Shown here: positions 28,334 through 39,322 of the stretch, one piece after another
How the letters are laid out: each line of letters opens with the position of its first letter
How positions within the stretch are numbered: the first letter of the stretch is position 1
Origin: Elusimicrobiota bacterium
GTDB lineage: Bacteria; Elusimicrobiota; Elusimicrobia; UBA1565
NCBI GenBank assembly: GCA_043827405.1
Contig: JBDRPD010000108.1
Coordinates: forward strand, 1 to 64,000
DNA: 64,000 nucleotides
Reading direction: 5' to 3'
Notes under the pieces: generated by a model
What the model saw: the letters and a program-made list of their open reading frames with translations, nothing else
Databases searched by the model: none
Told to the model about the DNA's origin: nothing
Translations under genes and position numbers: made by a program

Positions 28334-28342
28334 TGGTAGAAT
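28334..28342 (+). promoter_or_regulatory. Extended -10 promoter for the M23 peptidase gene
   Basis: TGgTAGAAT, 6 nt upstream of ATG 28349. Confidence 0.55.
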
Positions 28343-28348
28343 CCTGGC

Positions 28349-29053
28349 ATGCGGCGCGCGCTTCAAGTTTTTACATTCGTCGCCATCCTTCTGGCCGGCT
28401 GTTCGACGGCGAATCAGATCGGCCGCGAAGTCCTGCGCACCGTGCCCCAGGGCCGCAAGTACGGCAAGTACCTTAACGCCTGGGACCGCTACTCCCGCAT
28501 AGCCAAGACGCTGCGGAAATACCACGACAGCAAGCACCTCGACGAAGGCGATATCCTGGATGTGCTCTACGGCTCAGGCGTGCTCAAAAAGCGGCCGCCC
28601 GTACGCCGGGGGCGCAAGACGCCGCCGCGAACGCAGCCGCCCAAGTCTTTCCCCGTGCCGGTTTATAAAGGCGCATGGCGCTGGCCGCTCGAGGCCGGCG
28701 TGGTGAGCTCGGAGTTTGGTCCGCGCTGGAAAAAGATGCATCACGGCATCGACATCGCCGCCGACCAGGGCGAACCCCTCTACGCCTCGGCCGACGGCGA
28801 GGTAATCTACTCGGACAATAAGCTCCGCGGCTACGGCAACGTTGTGATTCTCCGCCACGATCAGCAAACCACATCGCTTTACGCCCACAACAAGAAGAAC
28901 GAGGTCACGATCGGCAAGAAGGTTAAGCGCGGCCAGATCATCGCGCTATTGGGCTCCACCGGCCGCTCTACCGGCCCGCACACCCATTACGAAATTCGCG
29001 GCAGCGGGGGCGCAATAAACCCGAGGAAGGTCCTGCCGAAAAGCCGCTTTTAG
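28349..29053 (+). CDS. M23 family peptidase lipoprotein
   Basis: Lipobox LLAGC, HHGIDI, GYGNVV, YAHN, STGPHTHYE (HxxxD and HxH zinc motifs). Confidence 0.92.
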   Translation: MRRALQVFTFVAILLAGCSTANQIGREVLRTVPQGRKYGKYLNAWDRYSRIAKTLRKYHDSKHLDEGDILDVLYGSGVLKKRPPVRRGRKTPPRTQPPKSFPVPVYKGAWRWPLEAGVVSSEFGPRWKKMHHGIDIAADQGEPLYASADGEVIYSDNKLRGYGNVVILRHDQQTTSLYAHNKKNEVTIGKKVKRGQIIALLGSTGRSTGPHTHYEIRGSGGAINPRKVLPKSRF

Positions 29054-29658
29054 CGGGACGCGTCTTGCGAAAATTCTCGGCGCGTACGCAGGGCGCAGGA
29101 AAGCGTCTGCTCATCCATGTAGTCGATATGAGCGCCCATCGGAACCCCTTGGGCTATCCGCGTCACCTTAACAGAAAGTCCTTTGAGCGTAGAAGCCAAA
29201 TAGAGCGCCGTGGCTTCTCCCTCGGTATCCGGGTCTGTGGCCAAAACGACCTCACTTAGACCATTCCCTCCCCGTATTCTATCAATAAGTTCTTTTATTT
29301 TAAGGCTTTCAGGACCGATCCCCTTAAGCGGAGAAAGATGACCATGCAGGACATGGTACAGCCCGCGATATCCCCGTGAGCGCTCGATAGCGGCGACATC
29401 AGCCGGCTGCTCGACAACGCACACCACTGAGCGGTCGCGCTCCAGGCTGGCGCAAATCCGGCATTCCGCGTCTTCGGTAAAATTCTGACAGGTCCCGCAG
29501 CGGCGCACCCGCTCCCGAACCTTGAGGATGGCCGCCGACAGCGCCTCCGCTTCGGAACGCGGCGCGCGCAGAAGGTGCACCGCCAGCCGCTCAGCCTGCT
29601 TCGCGCCGATGCCGGGCAGGCGTTTAAGACAGCCAATCAGCGTATCGAAGCTTCTCAT
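29050..29658 (-). CDS. recR: Recombination mediator RecR
   Basis: LPGIGAKQAERLA, C4 zinc finger, CVVEQPAD, YHVLHG, ATDPDTEGEATA. Confidence 0.96.
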   Translation of the reverse strand: MRSFDTLIGCLKRLPGIGAKQAERLAVHLLRAPRSEAEALSAAILKVRERVRRCGTCQNFTEDAECRICASLERDRSVVCVVEQPADVAAIERSRGYRGLYHVLHGHLSPLKGIGPESLKIKELIDRIRGGNGLSEVVLATDPDTEGEATALYLASTLKGLSVKVTRIAQGVPMGAHIDYMDEQTLSCALRTRREFSQDASR

Positions 29659-31268
29659 CCGGTCTTCTTGCGAACCTGCTTAACCCGCGCGCCCTCAAAC
29701 GCTCCCAACACCTTCTTCACCGCCGGATCAGATGGCCCGTCCTCGTCGGGTTTGTCCTTTGCCGCCCCGGGCTTTGCCTTTTTCGGCGCGGTCTTGGCCT
29801 CGCTGTCGGTCTCCATACGAAGATGGATGTTCCGGCCGGTCACTTCATGAATGGCCCGCTCGATATCCGCGCGATGGCTCTGGGCGAGATCTAAATTAAA
29901 GGCGCTGGCGAATAGGAGCTTCCAATCATCTCCGTCACCGGGCACCAAACGGCTTCCCTTAAGACTCTCCGCCAAGGTCGGACTTGCGTCCCGGAACCGG
30001 TCAAGGATCGCCGGCCAAATATTCTTCACCTCCGGCGGGCGCGAACGCACCGGCGCCGGCTCATCAGGCGCAGGGCGCTGGGGGACGGCCGCACTGCTCG
30101 CCGCGCTGCGGACGGGAGGCGGCGCTGCGGGAGCACCCGCGCTCAGCCGCTGCTCCAGCAGCTCCAGACGCTGCACCAACCGGCGCAGGTCATAAGCGGA
30201 CTCGAGCATGCCATAGATGCCGAGCTCGAACGCCTGCTGCGGCGAGTCGGCGCTGCGCAGATCGAACAAGGTGCGGTTGACGCGCTTGAGCAGGAAGGAA
30301 AATGTTTCCGGGGGATGATCGCCCGCCAGCGCCTGCCACGCCTTGGCGGCCGAGCTCCGGGCCCCGAGCCGATACAGGTACATTTCCTGCAGGCGCTCAC
30401 GCAAATCGCGCAGCAGCTGCGTTGTTTCAAAGCCTTCGGCGGCGGCGCGCTCAAGCCACTCAGTGAGCTTGACCGCGTCCTTTTCCAGCACGGCGCCGAC
30501 TAGGCCGAGCTGGGCCTCTTCCGGCAGCATGCCCATCAGCTCGCCGACCTTGTCGCGCGTTACGGCTCCGTCGGAAAAAGCCGAGGTCTGATCCAGCAGG
30601 CTGATCGCGTCGCGCATCGAACCGTCTGCCGCGCGCGCCAGTATCGCCAGGGCGTCCTTCTCCGCGGCGAACTTCTCGGCCTTGGCGAGATAGGCCAAAT
30701 GCTCCGCGATCACGTCCTGCGGTAGCGGCCGAAAACGAAAGCGCTGACAGCGCGAAATAATAGTCGGCGGGATTTTAGCCAGCTCGGTCGTCGCCAAAAT
30801 GAAGACCACGTGCGAGGGCGGCTCTTCCAGCGTCTTAAGCAGCGCATTGAACGAAGACTTCGAAAGCATATGCACTTCGTCGATGATGAACACCTTGAAC
30901 CGGTCGCGGCTCGGCGCCAGCGAAACCGTCTCGATAATCGCCTCGCGGATATTATCGATGCCCGTATGGGACGCCGCGTCGATCTCCATCACGTCGATCG
31001 CTCCGCCGGCCGCGATCTCCTTGCAGGACGAGCATTCGCCGCATGGGGTGGGCGTCGGCCCCTTCTTACAGTTGAGGCTTTTAGCGAGCACCCGCGCGGT
31101 GGTGGTCTTCCCGATCCCCCGGGGGCCGAAAAAGAGGTATGCGTGCGCCGGCTTCTCTTCGCCGATGGCGTTCTTGAGCGTCGTTGCGACCGCTTCCTGC
31201 CCGACAATATCCTTAAACTGCTGCGGACGATACTTGCGTGCGAGACCTATATGGGGAGTATCTTTCAT
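29655..31268 (-). CDS. dnaX: DNA polymerase III subunit gamma/tau
   Basis: LARKYRPQQF, GPRGIGKTT, EIDAASH, IIDEVHML, LLKTLEEPP, SRCQ, GSMRDA. SD GAGGA before ATG 31268. Confidence 0.96.
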   Translation of the reverse strand: MKDTPHIGLARKYRPQQFKDIVGQEAVATTLKNAIGEEKPAHAYLFFGPRGIGKTTTARVLAKSLNCKKGPTPTPCGECSSCKEIAAGGAIDVMEIDAASHTGIDNIREAIIETVSLAPSRDRFKVFIIDEVHMLSKSSFNALLKTLEEPPSHVVFILATTELAKIPPTIISRCQRFRFRPLPQDVIAEHLAYLAKAEKFAAEKDALAILARAADGSMRDAISLLDQTSAFSDGAVTRDKVGELMGMLPEEAQLGLVGAVLEKDAVKLTEWLERAAAEGFETTQLLRDLRERLQEMYLYRLGARSSAAKAWQALAGDHPPETFSFLLKRVNRTLFDLRSADSPQQAFELGIYGMLESAYDLRRLVQRLELLEQRLSAGAPAAPPPVRSAASSAAVPQRPAPDEPAPVRSRPPEVKNIWPAILDRFRDASPTLAESLKGSRLVPGDGDDWKLLFASAFNLDLAQSHRADIERAIHEVTGRNIHLRMETDSEAKTAPKKAKPGAAKDKPDEDGPSDPAVKKVLGAFEGARVKQVRKKTG

Positions 31269-31333
31269 GGGTATCCTCGACGGGAGTCCACGATACCACA
31301 TTTTTCCTCTGCTTGGCCATGCGCCGCGTTTAC

Positions 31334-31342
31334 TGTTACACT
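31334..31342 (+). promoter_or_regulatory. Extended -10 promoter
   Basis: TGtTACACT, 7 nt upstream of ATG 31350. Confidence 0.5.
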
Positions 31343-31349
31343 ATGCGCC

Positions 31350-32012
31350 ATGAGGCGACTGCGCCGCCCGGCCTGCCTGCTGCTTTTATGCGCGCTGTTT
31401 TCGACCGCAGCGGCCGCGGAAGATCTGGAAGAAGCCCGGCTGTGGCAGGAACGCTACATCTGGGACGGCCTGCTGCAGTCCCGCGACCGCGCGGCGCGCT
31501 CTTCGGCCGATCCGCAACTGCAGAAAGTCGTCCTCACGATCGCCCATCAGGTTGCGCAGCAGGCGGCCAACCTGGAACAAATACATACCTATGCCAAGGG
31601 CCAGCTGGACAACCTGGGCTATGCCTTCGCCCAGCAGGACCCCGGCCCCAGCCTGAAAATCATTCAGAACAACTTCCAGACTCTGGCCAAAGGCACCGAG
31701 CAGATCCGCAACAATCTCTACTATCTCACAACGCGCGTCCGCATGAGCTCCTCGCAGGCGCTCCCCGACCCAAAACTTATGCAGAATGCGACGCTGCTGA
31801 TCGCCCAGGTCCAGAACGTCCAGCTAAAGCTCAATGATCTCTATACCAATTCGGCCGCCGTCCACGCGGCGGTCATGGCGGAAACCTGGTACATCGACGA
31901 ATTTTTCCGCTTCAGCTCCTCCCACCTGCTGGGCGCGGTCGTGGGAGTACAAGATGCCGTTTTCGCAGTCTACAACTCCGCCTACGAACTCTACGTACTG
32001 TCCAAGGAGTAG
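31350..32012 (+). CDS. Hypothetical secreted alpha-helical protein
   Basis: Signal peptide MRRLRRPACLLLLCALFSTAAAA, then Gln/Asn-rich amphipathic helices. Confidence 0.75.
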   Translation: MRRLRRPACLLLLCALFSTAAAAEDLEEARLWQERYIWDGLLQSRDRAARSSADPQLQKVVLTIAHQVAQQAANLEQIHTYAKGQLDNLGYAFAQQDPGPSLKIIQNNFQTLAKGTEQIRNNLYYLTTRVRMSSSQALPDPKLMQNATLLIAQVQNVQLKLNDLYTNSAAVHAAVMAETWYIDEFFRFSSSHLLGAVVGVQDAVFAVYNSAYELYVLSKE

Positions 32013-32021
32013 CCCTCACCC

Positions 32022-33506
32022 TTGTTTACCCCTTCTCCCTTTATATTCGGCATCGAAGGCCTGCGCCCCTCGCGTACCGCGATCCAACTGCTGAAAGATA
32101 CCGAAGCGGCGGGAATCCTGCTCCTCCCGCGCAATATCCGCACTCCCGACCAGGTCCGCGGTCTTGTCAGCGGCCTGCAGGACCAGCTGGGACGCCCACT
32201 GCTGGTCTCCATCGATCACGAAGGGGGGTGGGTCCTGCGCTTCACACAAGGGATCACTTTCTTCCCGGGAAACGCCGCCCTGGCCCGCAGCGGTCGGCCG
32301 CAAATTGCCCGGGATGTCGGCCGCCGGATGGCGCGGGAATTAGCGGCTCTAGGCATCGGACTCAACCTGGCACCGGTAGCCGATGTGCAGGGAACGCGCT
32401 ATAATCCGGGGATCGGCATCCGATCATTCGGATCAGATACAAAAATAGTGTCTAAATTTACAAAAGAATTTATATGTGGCCATCTTGACCACAAAGTCGC
32501 CGCCTGCGTCAAACACTTCCCCGGCAAGGGCGAAGCGGTAGTTGATGCGCATGCCGATATTCCCACCATAAATGCCTCGCGGCGCGCCATGACGGCCAGG
32601 CACTTGCCGCCGTTCGCCGCCGCCATCGCGGCAAAGGTCCCCTGCGTCATGACCACTCATGCCGTATACCCGGCACTAGACCCAAGCGGAGCGACCGCCA
32701 CCTATTCCCGCCCGATAGCCCATGATCTTCTCCGCCGCCGCCTGGGCTTTTCGGGAGTCCTCATCTCCGACGATCTCTGCATGGGCGCCGTAATCAAGCA
32801 CGAAAGCGTCCCCCAGGCCTCGGTCCGCGCCCTGCGGGCCGGCCACGATCTGCTCATTATCGCCCAAGCCCCGCATCAGCGTAAATCCGTCCTCGCCGTC
32901 CAAAGCGCTCTGGACCGCGGCCGGCTTGATGCCGCCCAATGGCGGGACTCGCAGCGGCGCATCAAACACCTGCTGGACCGCTTTGTCCGCCCCGCGACCG
33001 GCCGCATCCTCCGCCCGGACATCCAACTGCCGCGGCGCCTGGCCGCGGCGGCGGTCACCGTGCTGCAGCGCGGCACAGTCCCCCTGCCCTTAAACTGGAC
33101 CGGGCGCCCGATAATCGATGTCTACTGGCCGAACCTGCGCGAAATAAGCGGTCAATTCACTTTTGAGGGCGGACCGGACGCCCCGCTCCGACTGCTGCGC
33201 GACCGGCTCTCCCGCTGGCCGGCTCATATCAGATACAATACCGTACCGCTGATCCGCCGCCGCAGGGGAACTGGAGAGGCGAGAATAAAAAGTCCGCATT
33301 TAACGCTATTTTTTTGTTTCGACGCCTTGCGCTATGCGGCCCAGAAAGAAGCCCTGCGTCACGTCCAGCAGACGACGGACCGTTTGGTCGTGCTGCTAAT
33401 GAGAAATCCATGGGACCAGACCTTGCTCGACCGCCGAGTAACGGCGCTCACCGCTTATGGCTTTCGCAACAGCCAAATCCTGGCGCTGGCGGAGCGCCTA
33501 AAATGA
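32022..33506 (+). CDS. nagZ: Beta-N-acetylhexosaminidase (GH3)
   Basis: IDHEGG, NLAPVADV, RSFG, KHFPGKG...DAH, ISDDLCMGA. Confidence 0.88.
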   Translation: MFTPSPFIFGIEGLRPSRTAIQLLKDTEAAGILLLPRNIRTPDQVRGLVSGLQDQLGRPLLVSIDHEGGWVLRFTQGITFFPGNAALARSGRPQIARDVGRRMARELAALGIGLNLAPVADVQGTRYNPGIGIRSFGSDTKIVSKFTKEFICGHLDHKVAACVKHFPGKGEAVVDAHADIPTINASRRAMTARHLPPFAAAIAAKVPCVMTTHAVYPALDPSGATATYSRPIAHDLLRRRLGFSGVLISDDLCMGAVIKHESVPQASVRALRAGHDLLIIAQAPHQRKSVLAVQSALDRGRLDAAQWRDSQRRIKHLLDRFVRPATGRILRPDIQLPRRLAAAAVTVLQRGTVPLPLNWTGRPIIDVYWPNLREISGQFTFEGGPDAPLRLLRDRLSRWPAHIRYNTVPLIRRRRGTGEARIKSPHLTLFFCFDALRYAAQKEALRHVQQTTDRLVVLLMRNPWDQTLLDRRVTALTAYGFRNSQILALAERLK

Positions 33507-34681
33507 GATGCGCTGCCGCCCTCGCCATAATTACGGCGCTGGCTCTGGCGCGCCCATCCGGCGCTCAACCGCGCAGGTTCGACATCGTCGACAGCAGCGG
33601 CACCGTTGAAGTCACCGTCATCCCCACCCCGCCCGCGCAGCGACAAGACTTCTTCACCGCCGCACCCTTGGCATACTCCTCCACTATGACGATCAGCCAG
33701 CTGGCGCAGATATATACGGAAGCGTTTCGCCCGGAGGAGAAGAACACCATCCTGAAGGTCCTCAGCGGCAAAACGCCGCGCGACGAGCTGGATATCCGGG
33801 CCTTGCTGAACCTCTACCACCGCTATCAGCGCCGCGTACGCCATCCCGTTCAGCTCTCCATAAGCCGTCTGGCTCCGCAGGATGAGCATTTCGCGCCGTT
33901 TTTCACCGCCCTGCTTGAAGAAGAAGAACCCTCCTTCCAGGCCTTCGGGCTGCTCGGAACGCTCCAGGTCAGGAACAAGGCGGCGCTGCCGCAAATTCGC
34001 CGCCTCGCGGAACGCCGTCTCGACAAGCCGGAAGCGCCCAATGAAGTGGCGATCACATTGCAGGCTCTCCAAGTCCTGGCCGAACTGCGCGCGCCGAAGA
34101 CGCGCCGCTTGGTGCTGCGGCACACTCGGGTGCTCCCCGCCACGGCCGAAATTCTCGCGCATTATTACTGGAAAGAGTCGCTTCCTCTTTTTGTGCGCTG
34201 GGCGGAATCCAATAACGAATACAGCCGCGCCCGCGCCCGTGCGGCTTGGCGCACGGATGTACCGACGGACGCCCTGCGCGAGACCGTCGAGAAACTGCGC
34301 GCGCTCGTCCTCAGCCGGCGCCGGGCGGAATTTACGCGCCATCACGCGGCCATCAAGCTGGGGTTCGCCGCCGACGACGCCGAGGTCGTGCGGCTGCTGC
34401 GGGACCATGCCCAAGCCGGCGACGAGCAGACCCGCCTCTACCTCACGGCCGCGCTCTTCGCCTCGCGCAGCCCGCGGGTGATCCCGCTGCTCGTCGAGCA
34501 TGCCAAGACGCACGAATCCCCGATCAACCGTGCCGGCGCGCTCGGCGAGCTCAAGGACCTTATGCCGCGAGATGACTACGTGGCGCTGCTGACCTGGTTC
34601 ACCGCCAACGACCCCGACCCGGAAAACCAGCGGATCGCCCGGCTCGAACTGCGCGCGCTCGACGTCCCGGCCGCGCCATAG
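33503..34681 (+). CDS. Secreted HEAT/ARM-repeat-like hypothetical protein
   Basis: Signal peptide MRCAAALAIITALALA, helical repeats. ATG overlaps the nagZ stop. Confidence 0.65.
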   Translation: MRCAAALAIITALALARPSGAQPRRFDIVDSSGTVEVTVIPTPPAQRQDFFTAAPLAYSSTMTISQLAQIYTEAFRPEEKNTILKVLSGKTPRDELDIRALLNLYHRYQRRVRHPVQLSISRLAPQDEHFAPFFTALLEEEEPSFQAFGLLGTLQVRNKAALPQIRRLAERRLDKPEAPNEVAITLQALQVLAELRAPKTRRLVLRHTRVLPATAEILAHYYWKESLPLFVRWAESNNEYSRARARAAWRTDVPTDALRETVEKLRALVLSRRRAEFTRHHAAIKLGFAADDAEVVRLLRDHAQAGDEQTRLYLTAALFASRSPRVIPLLVEHAKTHESPINRAGALGELKDLMPRDDYVALLTWFTANDPDPENQRIARLELRALDVPAAP

Positions 34682-34696
34682 CCTTTTCCGCGTTTA

Positions 34697-34705
34697 TGCT
34701 AAACT
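34697..34705 (+). promoter_or_regulatory. Extended -10 promoter
   Basis: TGcTAAACT, 7 nt upstream of ATG 34713. Confidence 0.5.
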
Positions 34706-34712
34706 GCATTCC

Positions 34713-35957
34713 ATGACGTTCGGATTCTGGATTCTCATTGCCGCCGCCGCTGCGCTGCTCTCGGCGCTCGTCTGGGCGCTGCGCGAGATTTATGCGCTGC
34801 GGCTCGCCGCGGAACCCGCCGCCGAGACCGGCAAGACCCGCGGGCTGCCTCAAGAACGGCTCGACGAGCTGCTGACCATGCTGCTGGCCCTCCACGACTA
34901 CGGCGTCTCGCGTACCGGCAATGTCTCGCACGAGGAATTCTGCTCCTTGGTTATAGAGAAGGCCTGCCGACTGCTCAACTCGACGCGGGGCACCGTCATG
35001 CTCTTCGACGAAGAAGAAAAGGTCCTCTCGGTCGTCGCCTCGCGCAACGCCGCGATCACGACCACGCCGAAATTGAAGCTGAAGCCCGGAGAAGGCGTGG
35101 CCGGCCGGGCTTTCGAGGCCGCCAAGCCTATTTTCGTCCTGGAGCCGACCCGGGACCCGCGCTACGTGGCGTCGGATCCCAAGCGGGATTCGGACGAGCC
35201 GTTCCTCTCAATCCCGATGATGCTCAAGTCCAAGCCGATAGGAGTCCTCAACGTCCACGATACGGGCGGCGCGCTCACGCCGGACGACACCAAGTTGAAA
35301 TTCCTCATGCTTTTGGGCGGCGAGGCGGCCCTCGCCCTGCACCACCAAAAAATGTATGACGATCTGCAGATTTTCTACTTCGACATGGTGCAGATGCTGG
35401 CCCGGGCCGCCGGCGCCAAAGACGCCTACGGCCAAGACCACTCCGAACGCTCGCGCCGCTACGCCAACGCGGTGGCCAAGGAATTGGGGCTGCCCGACCA
35501 AATGATGCGCTACGTGGAATACTCCACCATGCTTCACGGCATCGGCAAGATCGGCGTCGACCAGAACCTGCTGTCCAAGCCCGGCAAGCTCACCCCGGCG
35601 GAGTTCGAACAAATCAAGAAGCACACATCGATCGGACACCGCATTCTGCAGCCGGTAAAATTTTTTGGGCCGGTCGCGCAGATGGTGCTCTACCACCAGG
35701 AGTGGTACAACGGCAAGGGCTACCCGGAGGGATTGAAAGGCGAGGAAATTCCCCTCGGCTCCCGCATCGTCGCGGTCATCATCGCTTGGGAGGCCATGAA
35801 CTCGGATCGTCCCTACCGCAAAGCCCTGCCCCGCGACGCGGCGATCGACCAGCTGCAAAAAGGCGCGGACACCCAGTTTGATCCCAAGGTCGTTGAAGCC
35901 TTCCTGACGGTCGAAGCGCGCCTCGCGCGCGAAGAGGCCGCGGCCAGCGGCGGCTGA
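34713..35957 (+). CDS. Membrane-anchored GAF + degenerate HD-GYP domain protein
   Basis: N-terminal TM, GAF (GEGVAG, PIGVLNV), HSER, LHGIGK, KPGKLT, GKGYPEGLKGEEIP, DRPYRK. Confidence 0.9.
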   Translation: MTFGFWILIAAAAALLSALVWALREIYALRLAAEPAAETGKTRGLPQERLDELLTMLLALHDYGVSRTGNVSHEEFCSLVIEKACRLLNSTRGTVMLFDEEEKVLSVVASRNAAITTTPKLKLKPGEGVAGRAFEAAKPIFVLEPTRDPRYVASDPKRDSDEPFLSIPMMLKSKPIGVLNVHDTGGALTPDDTKLKFLMLLGGEAALALHHQKMYDDLQIFYFDMVQMLARAAGAKDAYGQDHSERSRRYANAVAKELGLPDQMMRYVEYSTMLHGIGKIGVDQNLLSKPGKLTPAEFEQIKKHTSIGHRILQPVKFFGPVAQMVLYHQEWYNGKGYPEGLKGEEIPLGSRIVAVIIAWEAMNSDRPYRKALPRDAAIDQLQKGADTQFDPKVVEAFLTVEARLAREEAAASGG

Positions 35958-35967
35958 GAGCCCGGCC

Positions 35968-36639
35968 ATGCTCTATCTCGTCGCCACGCCGATCGGCAAT
36001 CTTGAAGACCTTACCCCGCGGGCGCGGCGGATATTGAGCGAGGTTCGCGCCGTCTACTGCGAGGACACGCGCCGAACCAAACGCCTCTTCTCCCACTTCG
36101 ACATCCACACCCCGCTGCTGCGCTACAAAGACCGCGACCCGCGGGGCGTCGAGCATATCCTGGAGCGTCTGCGGCGCGGCGAGAATTTGGCGCTCGCCTC
36201 GGACGCCGGGACCCCGGTCGTCTCGGACCCCGGCCTTGATCTCGTCGCGCAGGCGCGGCGGGAAGGCCTCGAAGTCCTGCCGCTCCCCGGCGCCTGCTCC
36301 GTGCCGGCCGCGGTCGCGGCATCGGGGCTGCCGGGAGACTCTTTTGTTTTCCTTGGTTTCCTGCCGCGCTCACCGGGGAAGCTGCGTAAAACCTTGGCGC
36401 AGGCCGCGACCCTGGAGAGAACAATCGTCGTTTTTGAATCCCCCTATCGTGTCGTGAAGCTCCTGCGCCTGGCCGAAGAGGTCCTCGGCGCGCGGGCTCA
36501 GGCGGCGATCTGCCGCGAACTCAGCAAGCTGCACGAGGAGTGGTGGTCCGGAACGCTCGACAGCGTTCGCGGCGCCCTGGAGGCTCGCGGCAAGCTCTTG
36601 GGCGAATTCGTGGTCCTTTTCCACCCGCGCCGGATATGA
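35968..36639 (+). CDS. rsmI: 16S rRNA (cytidine1402-2'-O)-methyltransferase
   Basis: LYLVATPIGNLEDLT, CEDTR, SDAGTPVVSDPG, FESPYR, RELSKLHEE. Confidence 0.96.
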   Translation: MLYLVATPIGNLEDLTPRARRILSEVRAVYCEDTRRTKRLFSHFDIHTPLLRYKDRDPRGVEHILERLRRGENLALASDAGTPVVSDPGLDLVAQARREGLEVLPLPGACSVPAAVAASGLPGDSFVFLGFLPRSPGKLRKTLAQAATLERTIVVFESPYRVVKLLRLAEEVLGARAQAAICRELSKLHEEWWSGTLDSVRGALEARGKLLGEFVVLFHPRRI

Positions 36640-37241
36640 GCAGGATATACCGCCTGGAGCGCGGGCAGGAGCTCTCCGCGCGGGATCGCGACGACCTCGC
36701 CCGGGCGCTGCGCGAGGGAGAGACCGCCGCTTTTCCCACCGATACGGTCTATGGCCTGGGCACGTCCGCGCTGTCCCCGGAAGGCATCCGGCGCATCTAT
36801 GAGATCAAGGGGCGGGACTCTGCTAAACCCCTGCCGATTTTTGTACATTCTACCGAGGAAGCCCGACGCTGGACCGTCTGGACGTCGGTGGCTGATCGGC
36901 TCGCCGACCGGTATTGGCCGGGGGCCTTGACCATGGTCCTGCGCCCGTCGGAGGAAGGCAAACAGTTGCTCTCCCCGGGAGCCGCCGCACTGGCCGTCCG
37001 CGTACCGGATCACCAGGTTGTTTTGCGCCTCCTTGAGGCCTCGGGCGTCCCCTGGAGCGCAACCAGCGCCAACCTCTCCGGACAGCCCGCGCTATGCGGC
37101 GCCGCCGAGGTAGTCGCCGCGTTTTCCGGAAAAGTCGACCGCATCCTGGCCGCCGGAACCTGCGGCGGGACGGAATCGACCGTCGTTGAGGCGTATGGGA
37201 AGAAGGCGCGCGTGCTCCGGGAGGGAGCCATCCGCTTATGA
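36636..37241 (+). CDS. tsaC: L-threonylcarbamoyladenylate synthase (YrdC/Sua5)
   Basis: FPTDTVYGL, IYEIKGR...KPL, WPGALT, VRVPDH, TSANLSG, STVV. Confidence 0.93.
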   Translation: MSRIYRLERGQELSARDRDDLARALREGETAAFPTDTVYGLGTSALSPEGIRRIYEIKGRDSAKPLPIFVHSTEEARRWTVWTSVADRLADRYWPGALTMVLRPSEEGKQLLSPGAAALAVRVPDHQVVLRLLEASGVPWSATSANLSGQPALCGAAEVVAAFSGKVDRILAAGTCGGTESTVVEAYGKKARVLREGAIRL

Positions 37242-37676
37242 AAGTGGTTTTTGTCTGCACCGGCAACAGCTGCCGCAGCGTAATGGCGGAGTATCTGCTC
37301 AATAAGATGGCCGCCGACCGGGGCCTGCAGGACTGGACGGCCCGCTCCTGCGGAACGGCCGCCGAGCCCTACTTCCCGACCCCCGAAGGCGTCCGCACCG
37401 CCCTAAAGGACCGGGGAATAGACAAGGTCGAGCACACCCCGGAGCTGGCGGGCCGGGAACTCCTGGGCTGGGCCGACGTCGTGCTGACAATGGCCCGCCA
37501 TCATCGGGAGCATCTGCTGGATCAGTTCCCCGAATTCACCGATAAAACACATATGTTCCTCGAGCATACCCTCGGAGAAGAAGGGGATGTAGACGACCCG
37601 ATCAGCCAGCCGACAGCGGTTTACCGCCAGTGCCGCGATAAGATCGAACAGGCCCTCATCCAGTTTATGGAGAAAC

Positions 37677-37696
<20 letters not shown>
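37238..37696 (+). CDS. Low-molecular-weight protein arginine/tyrosine phosphatase (YwlE-like)
   Basis: [12 protein letters not shown]-loop and DVDDP. Lies between the sua5-type gene and glyA, as in Bacillus. Confidence 0.9.
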
Positions 37697-38935
<1,239 letters not shown>

Positions 38936-38939
<4 letters not shown>

Positions 38940-39322
38940 TCGCGAACATCCTCATCGTCGACGACGACGAGAACATCCGCAATATGCTCCGCACCGTCCT
39001 GGAGGAGGCGCATCACCGCGTGCTTGAAGCCACCGACGGCGCCCAAGCCTTCACCATGGCCGAGGAGCACCGGCCGCACCTGATCATCATGGATGTGGTG
39101 ATGCCCGGCCTGTACGGCACCACGGCCGCGAAGAAGCTGCACGAGTACCGCAGCACGGCGGATATTCCGATCATCATATTCAGCGGCACCGCGGACGAAT
39201 CGCTGCTGGAAGAGGTCGGCCTTAAAGACGACAAGGTCGTATTCCTGCACAAGCCGTCCGATGCCAAGACCATCCTCGAAACGATACGCAAAATGCTCCC
39301 GGAGGGCGGATACACCCAATGA
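38936..39322 (+). CDS. Single-domain response regulator
   Basis: [15 protein letters not shown] (phospho-Asp), IIIFSG, LHKP. GTG start overlaps the glyA stop. Confidence 0.9.

Noticed and set aside
29655..29658. Absence of ybaB between dnaX and recR
   Set aside because: A common gene-order variant; not informative on its own.
29770..29790. Possible dnaX -1 frameshift site (CCG AAA AAG)
   Set aside because: It is G-AAA-AAG rather than A-AAA-AAG and lies about 40 codons from the C-terminus, not where gamma would end.
31269..31349. SRP RNA (ffs) or tRNA upstream of dnaX
   Set aside because: No SRP domain IV motif or cloverleaf; the gap is explained by divergent promoters and an SD.
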